From: Octopus sinensis
Taxonomy: Eukaryota
Reading direction: 5' to 3'
Assembly: GCF_006345805.1 (NCBI RefSeq)
Contig: NC_043014.1
Coordinates: 38,254,001 to 38,318,000, forward strand
Length of the DNA: 64,000 nt
Within the stretch, counting starts at the first letter, position 1; every line of letters begins with the position of its first letter. The notes beneath the pieces are model-generated. The model was not told the DNA's origin, did no database searches, and saw only the letters and a list, made by a program, of their open reading frames with translations. The position numbers and the translations under genes are program-made. Below, in pieces: positions 1-11,539 of this stretch.

Positions 1-60
1 GAATATTTCGGATTGCTTCTGGTGTAATTATTGCCTTTCCTGAACTCGTAAAGCGTTTTA

Positions 61-445
61 TCTTCTATCTTTTACTTGTTTCAGTCATTGGACTACGGCC
101 ATGCTGATGTACAGCCTTGAAGGGCTTTAGCAGAACAACTCGACCCCAGAACTTGTTTTTTAAGCCTAGTATTTATTCTATCGTTCTCTTTTGCCTAACT
201 GCTAAGTTACGGGGTCGTAAACACACCAACACCGGTTGTCAAGCGGTGGTGGGGGATACACATACACACATATATATATATACGAGAGGCTTCTTTCAGT
301 TTCCGTTTACCGAATCCACCTGCAAGGCTTTGATAGGCCCGAGGCTACAGTAGAAAACACTTGTCCAAGGTGCCATGCAGTAGGAGTGAACCCGGAACCA
401 TGTGGTTGGGAAGCAAGCTTCTTACCTCACAGCCACGCTTGCGTC
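61..445 (-). mobile_element. SINE family A (tRNA head, CORE-like segment, (TA/CA)n linker, conserved tail; possibly octopus OR2-type)
   Basis: A-box TGGCTGTGAGG, B-box GGTTCACTCC, GGCACCTTGGACAAGTG segment; tail shared with about 20 other copies in the window. Confidence 0.8.
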
Positions 446-715
446 TAAATGTACCTTAAAAGCTCAGTGAACAGGTCCCATATTTTGGTGGGTCGAAATA
501 ATAACTGAATCGGCTAATTGATAGTGTAACGATATAGATTAATATTTAACAACTGCTGATGGTCAAGTTGATATGTACTGTTGCCAATCAGATACTTTAA
601 AATAACAAAGCAAGCCATCCAAGTTACAGATATCATATTTCTGGTACTAATTATAGGATGGCCTGATGCATATGGAGCTATGACAGATTGATTTCATACT
701 CAGCCATGCACTCTA

Positions 716-779
716 TATATACATATATATATTATATATACATATATATATATAATATACATATATATATATATATATA

Positions 780-812
<33 letters not shown>

Positions 813-813
813 C

Positions 814-844
<31 letters not shown>

Positions 845-911
845 CATATATATATTATATACATATATATATATATATACATATATATATAATATACATA
901 TATATATATAT

Positions 912-963
<52 letters not shown>

Positions 964-965
964 AT
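716..965. repeat. (TA)n-rich microsatellite flanked by a 20-bp direct repeat
   Basis: ATACTCAGCCATGCACTCTA at 696-715 and 966-985. Confidence 0.9.
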
Positions 966-986
966 ATACTCAGCCATGCACTCTAC

Positions 987-1131
987 GCACAGGTGTGGAT
1001 GTGTGGTAAAGAAGTTTGTTTTCCAGCCACATGGTTACGGGTTCAAGATGTATGGCATCTTTAGTATGTGTCTTCTACTATAGCCTAGGGCCGACCAAAG
1101 CCTTGTGAGCACACACACACACACACACACA

Positions 1132-1167
<36 letters not shown>

Positions 1168-1370
1168 GTATGTGTGTGTTTATCACCCCAAACACCGCTT
1201 GACAACTGGTGTTTGTATGCTTACATCGCAATAACCTTAGCGGTTCGCTAAAAGACATCGATAGAATAAGTACCAGGCTTATAAAAGTAAGTACAGAGGC
1301 GATTCGTTCGACAAAAACTTTTCAAGGTCGTGCCCCAGCATGGCCACCGTCTAACGACTAAAACAAGCTA
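987..1370 (+). mobile_element. SINE family A copy
   Basis: Same head, linker and tail as the other family-A copies. Confidence 0.75.
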
Positions 1371-1372
1371 TA

Positions 1373-1421
<49 letters not shown>

Positions 1422-1439
1422 ATATATTATATATATATG

Positions 1440-1512
<73 letters not shown>

Positions 1513-1561
1513 GTATATATATATTTATATATATATATATTTATATATATATATATATATA

Positions 1562-2569
1562 CGCACGCACACATGACAGAAGTAAATAGGCAATCTTATA
1601 ATCATTAAAATTTACTTAAATCTGAAATTATACTTTCAAATTATTTATTAATTGTTGTAATGTCAATGTTTATTATTTAGTAGACATGCCCTTTTCATTT
1701 TTCAATGCAAAGACCCTATTAAGCATGTTATTGAATAAATAAAAAGTTTTCTTCAATCATTTCACTCCTGGAGAAAGTTGGAAGGATTTCTTTTAACAAT
1801 GAAGACACATATTTATCTGAGTTTATGTTTCCCTTACACTCCACCAGCTCTGATCGACCATTGCTCCAAATTGCTCCCCAGGCCATCACAGAATAGCTAC
1901 CATGTTTCGTTGTTAGGTACAATCTTTTCACATCAAATTCTTGATCACAGAGTCTCCAGACCCACACTCGACCACTGTCAGGAAATACAACAAATCTGGA
2001 CTCATCAGAGAATATGACAGTGTCCCAAAATGCTAGTGGCCTCTCCACCATCTTGGTGGCCCAATCTTTTCTCCGCTTGATGTTGGCTGGTTGAAGAAAT
2101 GGTTTCCTTCTTGCTGTTCGGTCATAGTAACCAAGTTTGTAGAGATACCTGACAGCTGTTCTGGAACTGATATCAACTTGTTCTGCTATGACAGAGGCCT
2201 TGCAACGAGAATTATCCTCCACAATTCTCTTAACAAAGAGAAGGGTTGTGGTTGATCTGGGCGAAGTGACGTGGACTCCTCTCTGGTGAATTGTACACTG
2301 TAGAAAGTGGGATCCCAAGGTTTTCTGCGATTTTACGCTATGTCGACCTTCAGAATTACCCACTATACGACCTCTTTGAAATTCAGACAGTTTCAAGGCT
2401 TTTTTTTTTTTTTTTTTTTGTATATGGCATGATTAAACAGTCACATATAGAACCTGAAACATCAAAATGTCAATTAATAAAAAAAATATAAACCTTTACC
2501 CGTTAGAATAAACATAAAACGACATTTTATGGGGTATTTATTTACTTCTGTCATGTGTGTGTGTGTGTG
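1562..2569 (-). mobile_element. Tc1/mariner DNA transposon, internally deleted and non-autonomous
   Basis: Perfect 21-bp inverted repeats CACACATGACAGAAGTAAATA (1568-1588 / 2539-2559), flanked by TA tracts. The transposase ORF has WDTVIFSDESRF and GSYSVMAWGAIW motifs; an alternative frame gives the HTH RKIAENLGIPLSTV. Confidence 0.92.
1728..2430 (-). pseudogene. Tc1-family transposase pseudogene
   Basis: ATG at 2430 is out of frame with ORF 1728..2396 across an A20 run; frameshifts in the HTH; the ORF stops at FIQ* where the second catalytic D (QDN) is expected and is joined to a C-terminal NMLNRVFALKNEKGMSTK* segment. Confidence 0.88.
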
Positions 2570-2583
2570 TATATATATATATA

Positions 2584-2742
2584 CTTTATTTAAAAGCAGC
2601 AGAAATATAACAAAAGCTGTTACTCAGAGTTTCACGTTCCCGTTCGTCGGACAGTTTTGTTAAATAAAGCATATTACTCTACCTCAGGTATTTGAGTACT
2701 CTTTTTTCCACCTTGTTTCACATTTATGTGCTTACTCCGGTA
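2584..2742 (-). mobile_element. ~160-bp hammerhead-bearing non-coding insertion in a (TA)n/(CA)n tract (retrozyme / Penelope pLTR-like)
   Basis: Complex sequence bounded on both sides by microsatellite; contains the hammerhead; an outer CTTTATTTA/TAAATAAAG inverted repeat (2584-2592 / 2661-2669) extends the fold. Confidence 0.6.
2608..2662 (-). ncRNA. Type I hammerhead ribozyme motif (U4C core variant, GUA cleavage triplet)
   Basis: Minus strand: UAACAAAACUGU-CCGACGA-ACG GGAA CGU-GAAA-CUC U GAG-UA/ACAGCUUUUGUUA. Helix I has 12 bp with one bulge, helix II has a GNRA loop, helix III is the palindrome ACUC-U-GAGU. Predicted cut between 2621 and 2620. Confidence 0.8.
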
Positions 2743-2747
2743 TATGT

Positions 2748-2795
<48 letters not shown>

Positions 2796-3387
2796 AAAGA
2801 GAGAAAGAGAAAGCGAGAAAGAGAGAGTAAACGTAGTATAACCGAAAGGTTTAGTTAGAAGCTTACTTCACACTCATGAGATCCCAGGTTCGATTCCGCT
2901 GCCTGGCACCTGGGGCAAGTCATCTACTGTAGCCTCGGGTCGACCCAAACATTACGAGTGATATTATAGAAGCCCGTCAGATGGATTTTATTTCTCCGAT
3001 TGAAAAACACGTTATAAGCTTGTGACGCACTGATTGTGTCTGAGAATTACGTTCGTTAACGGTAATGAATCTGCGGAATGTTCAACCACTTACACATTAA
3101 ATCAAGAGCAGGTAATTTAGTTGATCGAAGAATGGGTTTTCGGCAGTTTCGTAAAGGATTGTTCTAATTGTTCATTCAACGGAACCGCCTATTCATTGAA
3201 TCAGCGTGCAAACGGACGCGTTTTCCCAGAGAAACGTGTACTTTTAATATAACTCTGAGAGAATGAACAGTCACGTGACAGCCTTGATTCGTCTCCTTTG
3301 AATTACAGGTCTGATGGGCTTCCGAACAGTTTCTGTGCACCCAATTTTCTCTCGCAGGGATTGCATTCACCCAATGGTATATTAAAA

Positions 3388-3807
3388 GGCGGCGAGCTGG
3401 CAGAAACGTTAGCACGTCGGGCGAAATGCGTAGCCGTATTTCGTCTGCCGTTACGTTCTGAGTTCAAATTCCGCCGAGGTTGACTTTGCCTTTCATCCTG
3501 TCGGGGTCGATTAAATAAGTACCAGTTACGCACTGATGTCGATATAATCGATTTAATCCGTTTGTCTGTCCTTGTTTGTCTCCTCTTTGTTTAGCCCCTT
3601 GTGGGTAGTAAAGAAATAGGTATTTCGTCTGCCGTTATGTTCTGAGTTCAAATACCGCCGAGGTCGACTTTGCCTTTCATCCTTTCGGGGTCGATTAAAT
3701 AAGTACCAGTTACGCACTGGTGTCGATATAATCGATTTAATCCGTTTGTCTGTCCTTGTTTGTCTCCTCTGTGTTTAGCCCCTTGTGGGTAGTAAAGAAA
3801 TAGGTAT
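3388..3807 (+). mobile_element. SINE family B dimer (tRNA head, Deu/Nin-like domain GCCTTTCATCCTTTCGGGGTCGATAAATAAGTACC; possibly octopus OR1-type)
   Basis: A-box TGGCAGAAACG, B-box GAGTTCAAATTCC; second unit restarts at GGTAT 3619-3623; ~15-bp TSD GGTAT(A/G)TTAAAAGGC at 3376-3390 and 3803-3817. Confidence 0.85.
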
Positions 3808-3900
3808 GTTAAAAGGCTCTTGCCCAGTATGTTAACTGAATTTCTTTTCAATCGTTTAACCCCAGGGTCGACCCTAATCAAGAAAACTTCCCCTTTAAAG

Positions 3901-4032
3901 CGGTGGTTCTCAACTATTTTTTGCCTTTGTACCCCTTTGATTCCTATTTTATTCTACTGGACCCTAATAAACATTCGATGTTTAAAAGAGTTCCATTATA
4001 TTTTTATAATTGACCCTGGTCGACAACCACTC
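3901..4032. mobile_element. hAT (Charlie/MER5-like) MITE
   Basis: Degenerate TIRs CGGTGGTTCTCAAC / GTCGACAACCACTC; 8-bp TSD CTTTAAAG (3893-3900) / CTCTAAAG (4033-4040). Confidence 0.7.
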
Positions 4033-4785
4033 CTCTAAAGTATTGCAGTAACTACGAACGTCTTATTTTTTTCGTGTTTATGTAGGACTATAATTTGTAC
4101 GGTGGTCTTTCCTTCCTCAAAGCAGTAGAATATGATTTGGGAGGATATATGGCTCCTAGTTCTAGCAGGTCAAACGACCACACAAAGGTACTCTCGAAAC
4201 ATTATTTACTCATATTTCATTGGCTTATACTCAGACTCATATATTTAAACGACGCAGTTCTCTAAATAATCTGTGCTCACTGTTCCAAGTAGCAGAGGGT
4301 CTGTCTCGAGCCCTAGGATTCATCAGACCAGTTACTCGGGTTCTATGGCTCATAAGTGACCGACATGACAACCTTCTTCCTGAACGGGATACCAGTCTGT
4401 CGCGTGATTAATCAGTTTTAGCTGGTTGGACTGGAGTAACGTGAAATGACGTGTTTTGCTCAAGCACACAATGCACCAATCGGTTCAGGAATCGAACTCA
4501 TGATATAACGAGCATGAGTGCAACATCTTAACCACTAGGCTACACTCCTTCAATTTCAGCTGCAACGTGTTCTATATGTTGGAACTTCTGAGAGGGCAAA
4601 CAAGAGCTGCAATCTACAACGTTGTCCGGAGAGACCGCCAGTGGGCTCTACTAACGTTTTGGTGGCCAACAGAGAATTTCATAAAATCCAAAGAAGTCCC
4701 TTTTTTTTGTTTTTTGCACAAGTAAATTTACAATCGTTATCACCGCTTTAATGTCCACTTTTCCTTGCTTGTATGGTTCAGACGG

Positions 4786-5643
4786 AATTTGTTGAGGCAG
4801 ATTTTCAACAGCCAAATGCCCTTCACATCACTAATCTGTCTCCAACAAGTTGATAATCCATGGAGGATTGGAAACAATTAAAATCTCTTGTAAGGTTACA
4901 CTTATATTATGTAAAGACAAAGTGATACAAACACATATAAATTGGACTGCTTTCAGTTTCTTATTTCTTTACTGCCCACAAAGGGCTACATACAGAGGAG
5001 ACAAACAAGGACAGACAAACAGATTATGTCGATTATATCGACCCCAGTGTGTAACTGGTACTTATTTAAGGATGAAAGGCAAAGTCGGCCTTGGTGGAAT
5101 TTGAACTCAGAACGTAGCGGCAGACGAAATACCTATTTCTTTATTACCCACAAGGGGCTAAACACAGAGGGGACAAACAAGGACAGACATAGGTATTAAG
5201 TCGATTCCATCGACGCTAGTGCGTTACTGGTACTTAATTTATCGACCCCGAAAGGTTGAAAGGCAAAGTCGACCTCGGCGGAATTTGAACTCACAACGTA
5301 ACGCAGACGAAATACCGCTAAGCATTTCGCCCGGCATGCTAACGTTTCTGCCAGCTCACTGCCTTGAATACAATTAAATAAGTACCAGTTACACACTGGG
5401 GTCAATATAATCGACATAATCCGTTTGTCCCATCTGTATGTAGTCCCTTGTGGGCAGTAAAGAAATAAGAAACTGAAAGCAGTCCATTGTATATGTGTTT
5501 GTATCACTTTGTCTTCACATAATATAAGTGTAACCTTACAAGAGATTTTAATTGTTTCCAATCCTCCATGGATTATCAACTTGTTGGAGACAGATTAGTG
5601 ATGTGAAGGGCATTTGGTTGTTGAAAATCTACCTCAACAAATT
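4786..5643. repeat. Long inverted duplication (arms 4786-5069 and 5374-5643)
   Basis: The arms are reverse complements over ~270 bp, including ~110-170 bp of non-SINE sequence; one 14-bp indel. Confidence 0.92.
4950..5365 (-). mobile_element. SINE family B dimer
   Basis: Reverse complement of family B with an internal junction at 5129-5133. Confidence 0.8.
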
Positions 5644-6459
5644 GGGCACCACCTTGAAGAATTTTAAATTGAATGAATCGATCTCAGTACATTTCTTTTT
5701 AAAGCCTGCTACTTATTCTATTGGTTTCTTTTGACAAACCGCTAAGTTATGAGGATGTAAACACACCAACACAGGTTGTTAAGAGGTGGTGGAGGACAAA
5801 CACACACATCTGCCTATATACGTGGCAGGCTTCTCTCAGTTTCTGTCTACTAAAGCCACTCAAAAGGCCTTGGTTGGCTTCAGGCTATAGAAAACATTTG
5901 CCCAAGGTGTTACACAATGGACTGAACCCAGAACCATGTGGTTAAGAAACAAGTTTCTTACCACCCAGCCACATCTGACTTTCTCACTTTAAAATATTTG
6001 TGTCCTACAGAATTGCTTCCATAATGCAATTATAAATTTAATCAGATGAACTGTGAAGCTTTCCTCATAAATTCTGTGAAACAGAATTTCTGAAAGCAGT
6101 TCTGCATCATTGTACTTGAACATTCTATGCCATGTTGCCAAAAAGTCTAAAGTAGCCAGATTTTAGTTAAGAATTGTTATTCTCACTTTTTTTATGTATA
6201 TATACACTATTGGTTAGTTCAGTAATAGTACTGATTCAATGTACAAGCCAATGAGAATCTTCTGTAACTGATAATCGAGCATGGAAGAAATACCAACCAA
6301 CTTTTACCCTATAGGTATAAAATACAATACAATATTTGCATTTGACAATCCCCTTAACAGGGTCATCAGGGTGCTGCAGCCATGCAGTGTATATTTGGTG
6401 AGAAAGCCTGGTAGAGCCCATCCCTCTCCAGGTTAAACTCATTTCTACAACTGAGTGGA

Positions 6460-7099
6460 AGAGGTAGACCCAGGAAAACCTGGGATGAGGTGGTGAAGCA
6501 CGACCTTCGAACTTTAGGTCTCACTGAGGAAATGACTAGAGACTGAGACCTTTGGAAGTATGCTGTGCTTGAGAAGACTCGGCAGGAATAGTGAGGCCAT
6601 GTCCCATGGCCTCAGTCCACTTATGCATACCTTTCCTTCTTGGGACACAAAACTCTACTTGTGAAGACGTATTGAGGCAAGTGAAAATCAAAATCAAAAT
6701 CGATCAACATCAATGGAAATTGTAGCTGTGATACCAGTGCCGGTGGCACATAAGAGAACCGTCCAAACGTGGCCATTGCCAGCGCCGTGCCGACTGGCAA
6801 GTAAAAAGCACCATCCAATCGTGGCCGTTGCCAGCCTGGCCTGGCCTCCGTGCCAGTGGCATGTAAAAAGCACCATCCGATCGTGACCGTTTGCCAGCCT
6901 CGTCTGGCACCTCTGCCGGTGGCACGTAAAAAGCACCCACTACACTCATGGAGTGGTTGGCGTTAGGAAGGGCATCCAGCTGTAGAAACATTGTCAGATC
7001 AGACTGGGCCTGGTGCAGCCTTCTGGCTTCCCAGACCCCAGTTGAACCATCCAACCCATGCCAGCATGGAAAGCGGACGCTAAATGATGATGATGATGA
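6460..7099 (+). mobile_element. 5'-truncated RTE-clade LINE (ORF C-terminus, 3' UTR, (GAT)n tail) inserted in a family-D SINE
   Basis: Translates (G)RGRPRKTWDEVVKHDLRTLGLTEEMTRD*DLWKYAVLEKTR, typical of RTE C-termini; tail (GAT)n at 7085-7100; TSD TGAGTGGA at 6452-6459 and 7100-7107. Short RTE-like tails also at ~16830-17035, 34090-34280, 43910-44100, 49590-49890 and 54050-54180. Confidence 0.85.
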
Positions 7100-8121
7100 T
7101 GAGTGGACTGGAGCAACATAAAATGAAGTGTTTTGCTCTTGAGCACAACATATCACCTGGTCCAGGGATCGAAACCATAATCTTATAATCATATGTCCAA
7201 TACCCTAACCCCTAAGCCATTCACTTCAACATTTGCAACACTTGAAACAAAAAATATAATAAAGGAACAGCAAAGAATGAAAATGGTTTTTAAAAATGAG
7301 ACTTTATTTAGTCTTTTATTTTTTTTTTTATTATGACAAAAAAATTTTTTTGTGTTTTAATATAAAAAAATGACAATAAATACACAGCAGATATTTATCA
7401 GAGACACTGAAAACATAACTGAACATTATGTCTTGCATATCTCATCTGAAAAATGTGCTAGCGGTCAGTTGAATTACAATACAGAAGTGTGTCTGAAAAT
7501 TTGTCAGTAGTCAAGAAAATGGCTGAAGAGTGATGAGTGAGTGAGTTGGTGAAAATGATGTGATGATTGGCAATTGTGAAAGACGACAAGATATTCTATG
7601 TATTCAGCATAAAAAATAAAATGAATGGTGTGTTGCAAAAAAAAAAAAAAAAAAAAAAAAAAGAGAGGGAGATAGAGAAAATAAAAGGAAGTTGATAAGT
7701 GCATGAAGTGGAAACAGGAAGAAGATACAATGATAACAGTGATTGAAGATAAAACATGGATGTAATATTTTCATATTTTGGGGAAAAACGGTGGATGTGA
7801 GTTAAATTTCAGCTCAAGCGAACTTCGTTGATAAGCTATGTGCATGTATGTATACCAGTGTGTATGTGTATATATGTATATATACATATATATATTAAAC
7901 TGTTAAGCGGAGTGATAGTTTTGAGGTTTTGGCTAGCTATTTTTCATCAGACAATATTACACTTGGGTTCCAAAAGCTAGCAGGCGGAAACTTTGAAATC
8001 ACTACCATCTTGCTTGTAAAAATTTTATAAACATGTTCTCTTCTAAAAAGTGCTGAATAATTCTTCAGTTTAATGTTAAATTGTTTCCATATTACAACTC
8101 GACATAAAAAAAAAACCCTAC

Positions 8122-8154
<33 letters not shown>

Positions 8155-10490
8155 ATAACATGCACGTATAGCTGATGTCTCTCTATTCTACACTACATAA
8201 AGCAAATTGAACGAGAAGCTGAATTAATAGTCATTATATCAACAAGAGGACGGCATGAAGTTTTGATCAGTAACTATTTATATATATATATATATAGATC
8301 TTGTGATCAGATATAAGATGAAAGGAAAGAGAGGGAGTCGTTTGAAGTTTAGACAGTAAAGATAAAGTTTGTGTCTTGTTCTTCCTTCATCGAAGTAGTG
8401 TAGGTGTATATAGACCAATATAAAAGAACAGTAAAAATGCTTGTTATAACAAGACTTGATTAGAAAAGAGCAGAGGGGGGGAAAATGTTGTAACTATGAA
8501 AATGATATGGAATGGATCGGTTTACATTTCTTTATTTTTTTGATTTGGAAAAAGAAAAAAAAAACTTTTTCCTTTTTATAAAATTGCGAACTGTAAAAAT
8601 GTTAGTTTGATGAAATTTTTTGATAGAGAAATTGTTACTACATAGACAGTCAAGAAACAAGTTTTGTTTTGTTTTGTTTGTTTGTTATTTTTTTTTTGTA
8701 TAAATATCAAAACTGGACACTTTGTTTTCTTTTAAGAATGGTAAACACTTTTGGAAACAAATAAAGTAAAAAAAAAAAAAAAATTGTTAAAAGGACCATT
8801 TTTTTAAATAAATTTTCATTGAATGCCTTTTCTCATGCCAAGTTATTTAAAAATTACCAAACAATACATATGTAGCAGTCATAATAACTGACTGGCTTAT
8901 TGTGTTTTTAAATGTTAAATAAACAATTACTATTCAAATGTATGAATATATAAAAATGATTCAGGAATTTCACATTAATATGTAAAAAGCAAAACGAAAC
9001 TGGTTTGGTAAAAAATAACAATTGAATTTGCCATCTATAGTTACTGTGAGCCCACAAGGAAGAGGGAGAGGAGTACCACATACCAAAATGCTTTTTAAAC
9101 TTTCAGCAATTCCATATAGACAATAAACATGCAATAATAATAATAATAATAATGATAATAATCATAATAATAATGATTTCAAAGTTTGGCACAAGGCCAA
9201 CAAGTTCGGGGAGAGAGAGCAAGTTGATCACATTGACCCCTAGTGTGCAACTGGTGCCTATTTTATCAACTCTGAAAGGATGAAAGGCAAAGTCAAACTC
9301 GGCATCAGAGTGTAAAATCGGAAGAAATGTTCCAAAGCGCTTTTCTTGACACGCTTATAATTCTGCCAGCTCACCACTTTAATAATACTAATAATAACAG
9401 TAATAATAATAATGATAAATAAATAATAACAATAATAATAATAAAGTGTGACAAATAATTGTCAACAAGGCAAGAAATTGGTTTAAACAATGGTTTTACT
9501 GAGTTTTAGGCACACCATAAATCTGGGCGGATTATATATTCTAAACATACCTTTAGGACAACATACCATCCATTAGAAAATTTAGGCATTTGCGAAATGT
9601 TAATATTAACATATTGGCGAAATATTTTATTATTAAAAGAAAGGTCACATGGTTTAAAATTTAGTGAAATTGGACGCTTCAAGTTTTTTTTAGGAAATTG
9701 TCTATTTTCTTTACAAGGACATTTTTTTTGCTTATTATTATTATTTCCTCCTTAGTCATCATTAATAAATCATTAAATTATTGAGAAAAAAAAAATATCC
9801 CATAAGAATATAAATAATATTCAGGTCTCAGAGATCATTGTGGCAGAGAGTACAGTATTATAATAACAGCCCTATTAAAGAATTATCTTGGCAAGACACA
9901 TCATAGTAGTTATTTAAGTATGTGTGTTTTTATTTATATATATACAAACATATATATATTTTCACACACGCATATCTATACACTACATTTCACATACCTA
10001 TATGCATATATATCTGCATATCAAACTGCATGTACACACATAAATGAATACATACACACACATATACATATGTACTCATCTCTCTCTGTCACATATATAC
10101 ATATATATAGATGTGTGTGTGTGTGTATATATACACACACAGACACACATACAAATATATAGACATGCATCTATACACACACACATTTGTATATCATTCA
10201 CGCACATACACACACAAATAAACAGAGAGAGAGACTGGGAAAGGGAAGAGAAAGTGTTCTTGCTATGAGACAGTCCCCACAACAGATGTGTATCATCTAC
10301 TTGCTTTGGCTCCAAAAGGACGTGAGAAAATAGGGCTAAAACGTGAAATAATGTCATTGCAAACGGATGCAGGATGGAAAGTAGCCAGAAACACTATGTG
10401 CTAAATATTTCAAGTCTGAAAAGGCTATTTATATTTATCGAAAGAAAAAGGAAAATGAAATTTTTTTTTCACACATTTAACAGAAACTTT

Positions 10491-10495
<5 letters not shown>

Positions 10496-10573
<78 letters not shown>

Positions 10574-10706
10574 TGTGTCTATACATATATGTGTTTTTAT
10601 ATATATATATATATATAATATATATAGATAGATATCTATACATGTGTTATATATATATATATAGATAGATAAGATAGATAGATGTCTATACATGTGTTAT
10701 ATATAC

Positions 10707-10739
<33 letters not shown>

Positions 10740-10800
10740 GAGAGAGAGAGAGATGTGTCTATACATATATGTGTTTTTATATATATATATATGTGTGTGT
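10496..10800. repeat. Compound (TA)/(GA)/(GATA) microsatellite with internal block duplications
   Basis: AGAGATGTGTCTATACATATATGTGTTTTTATATAT occurs twice. Confidence 0.9.
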
Positions 10801-11235
10801 ATGTAGTAACCAAATAATTGACTACAAATATGGGATCAAAGATAAAGACAAGATTTTTGTTATTATTGTTGATTACTATTATATTGATGACAAGGCCACA
10901 TATTAATTATCGTTAAGTAGAAGAGATCAAAAATAGTGAGGGAATGAAAACAATATCAATCATTATATATATGTACATATATTGTATTTTTGCTCACAAG
11001 TCAAATATTTTAGAGGTTCAGTCCTCTGCGTGGCACCTTGGGCAAGTGTCTTTCTTTACTGGTGTTGATTAGTTTGACTAAATATTTCCTCAAGACAGTG
11101 CCCCACCATGGCTGCAGTCTAATGACTGAAACAAGAAAAAGATGCAAAAAAAAAAAGATAAGATATACACCAAGACAACTTTGGAGGACCAAATGTTGCA
11201 TGTGAAACGCAGCAGAATTTGGAAGAATAGTGACA

Positions 11236-11539
11236 GTACATTTCTATATTTAAGAGATGAGGAATTATGTACATTATTTACATTTGACGGATATTTGTCC
11301 TCATCTTGTTTGTTAACACAATGTTTCGACTGATATACTCTCCAGCCTTCATCAGGTGTCTTGGGGAAATTTCGAACCTGGGTTTTCATTCCCAATGTAT
11401 TTTTTTCTTTTCAATGTTATTATTATTATTATTATTACTCAGGTCACTACATGGAATCTTGGGGTTAGTAGCCCATGCTCTTGACCATGTTAACAACAAA
11501 CAAGATGAGGACAAATATCCGTCGAATGTAAATAATGTA
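11236..11539 (-). mobile_element. tRNA-headed SINE-like element with hammerhead-containing tail and an inverted tail copy, flanked by a 10-bp TSD
   Basis: TSD AATAGTGACA at 11226-11235 and 11540-11549; tRNA-like remnant (TGGTCAAGAGC, GGG-CTACTAA-CCC arm) at ~11440-11487; (AAT)n linker 11417-11437; inverted copy of the tail at 11488-11539. Confidence 0.8.
11315..11360 (-). ncRNA. Minimal type I hammerhead ribozyme motif, probably decayed (G16.2 to A)
   Basis: Minus strand: GACAC-CUGAUGA-A-GGCUG GAGAGUAUAU CAGUC-GAAAC-AUU/GUGUU. Helix I GACAC:GUGUU; extra A after A9; helix III reduced to AC(A/G)U. Predicted cut between 11320 and 11319. Confidence 0.7.

Noticed and set aside
3388-3480. tRNA-like A/B boxes (here and in dozens of similar heads)
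   Set aside because: SINE heads running into shared bodies; no complete cloverleaf, so no tRNA gene is called.
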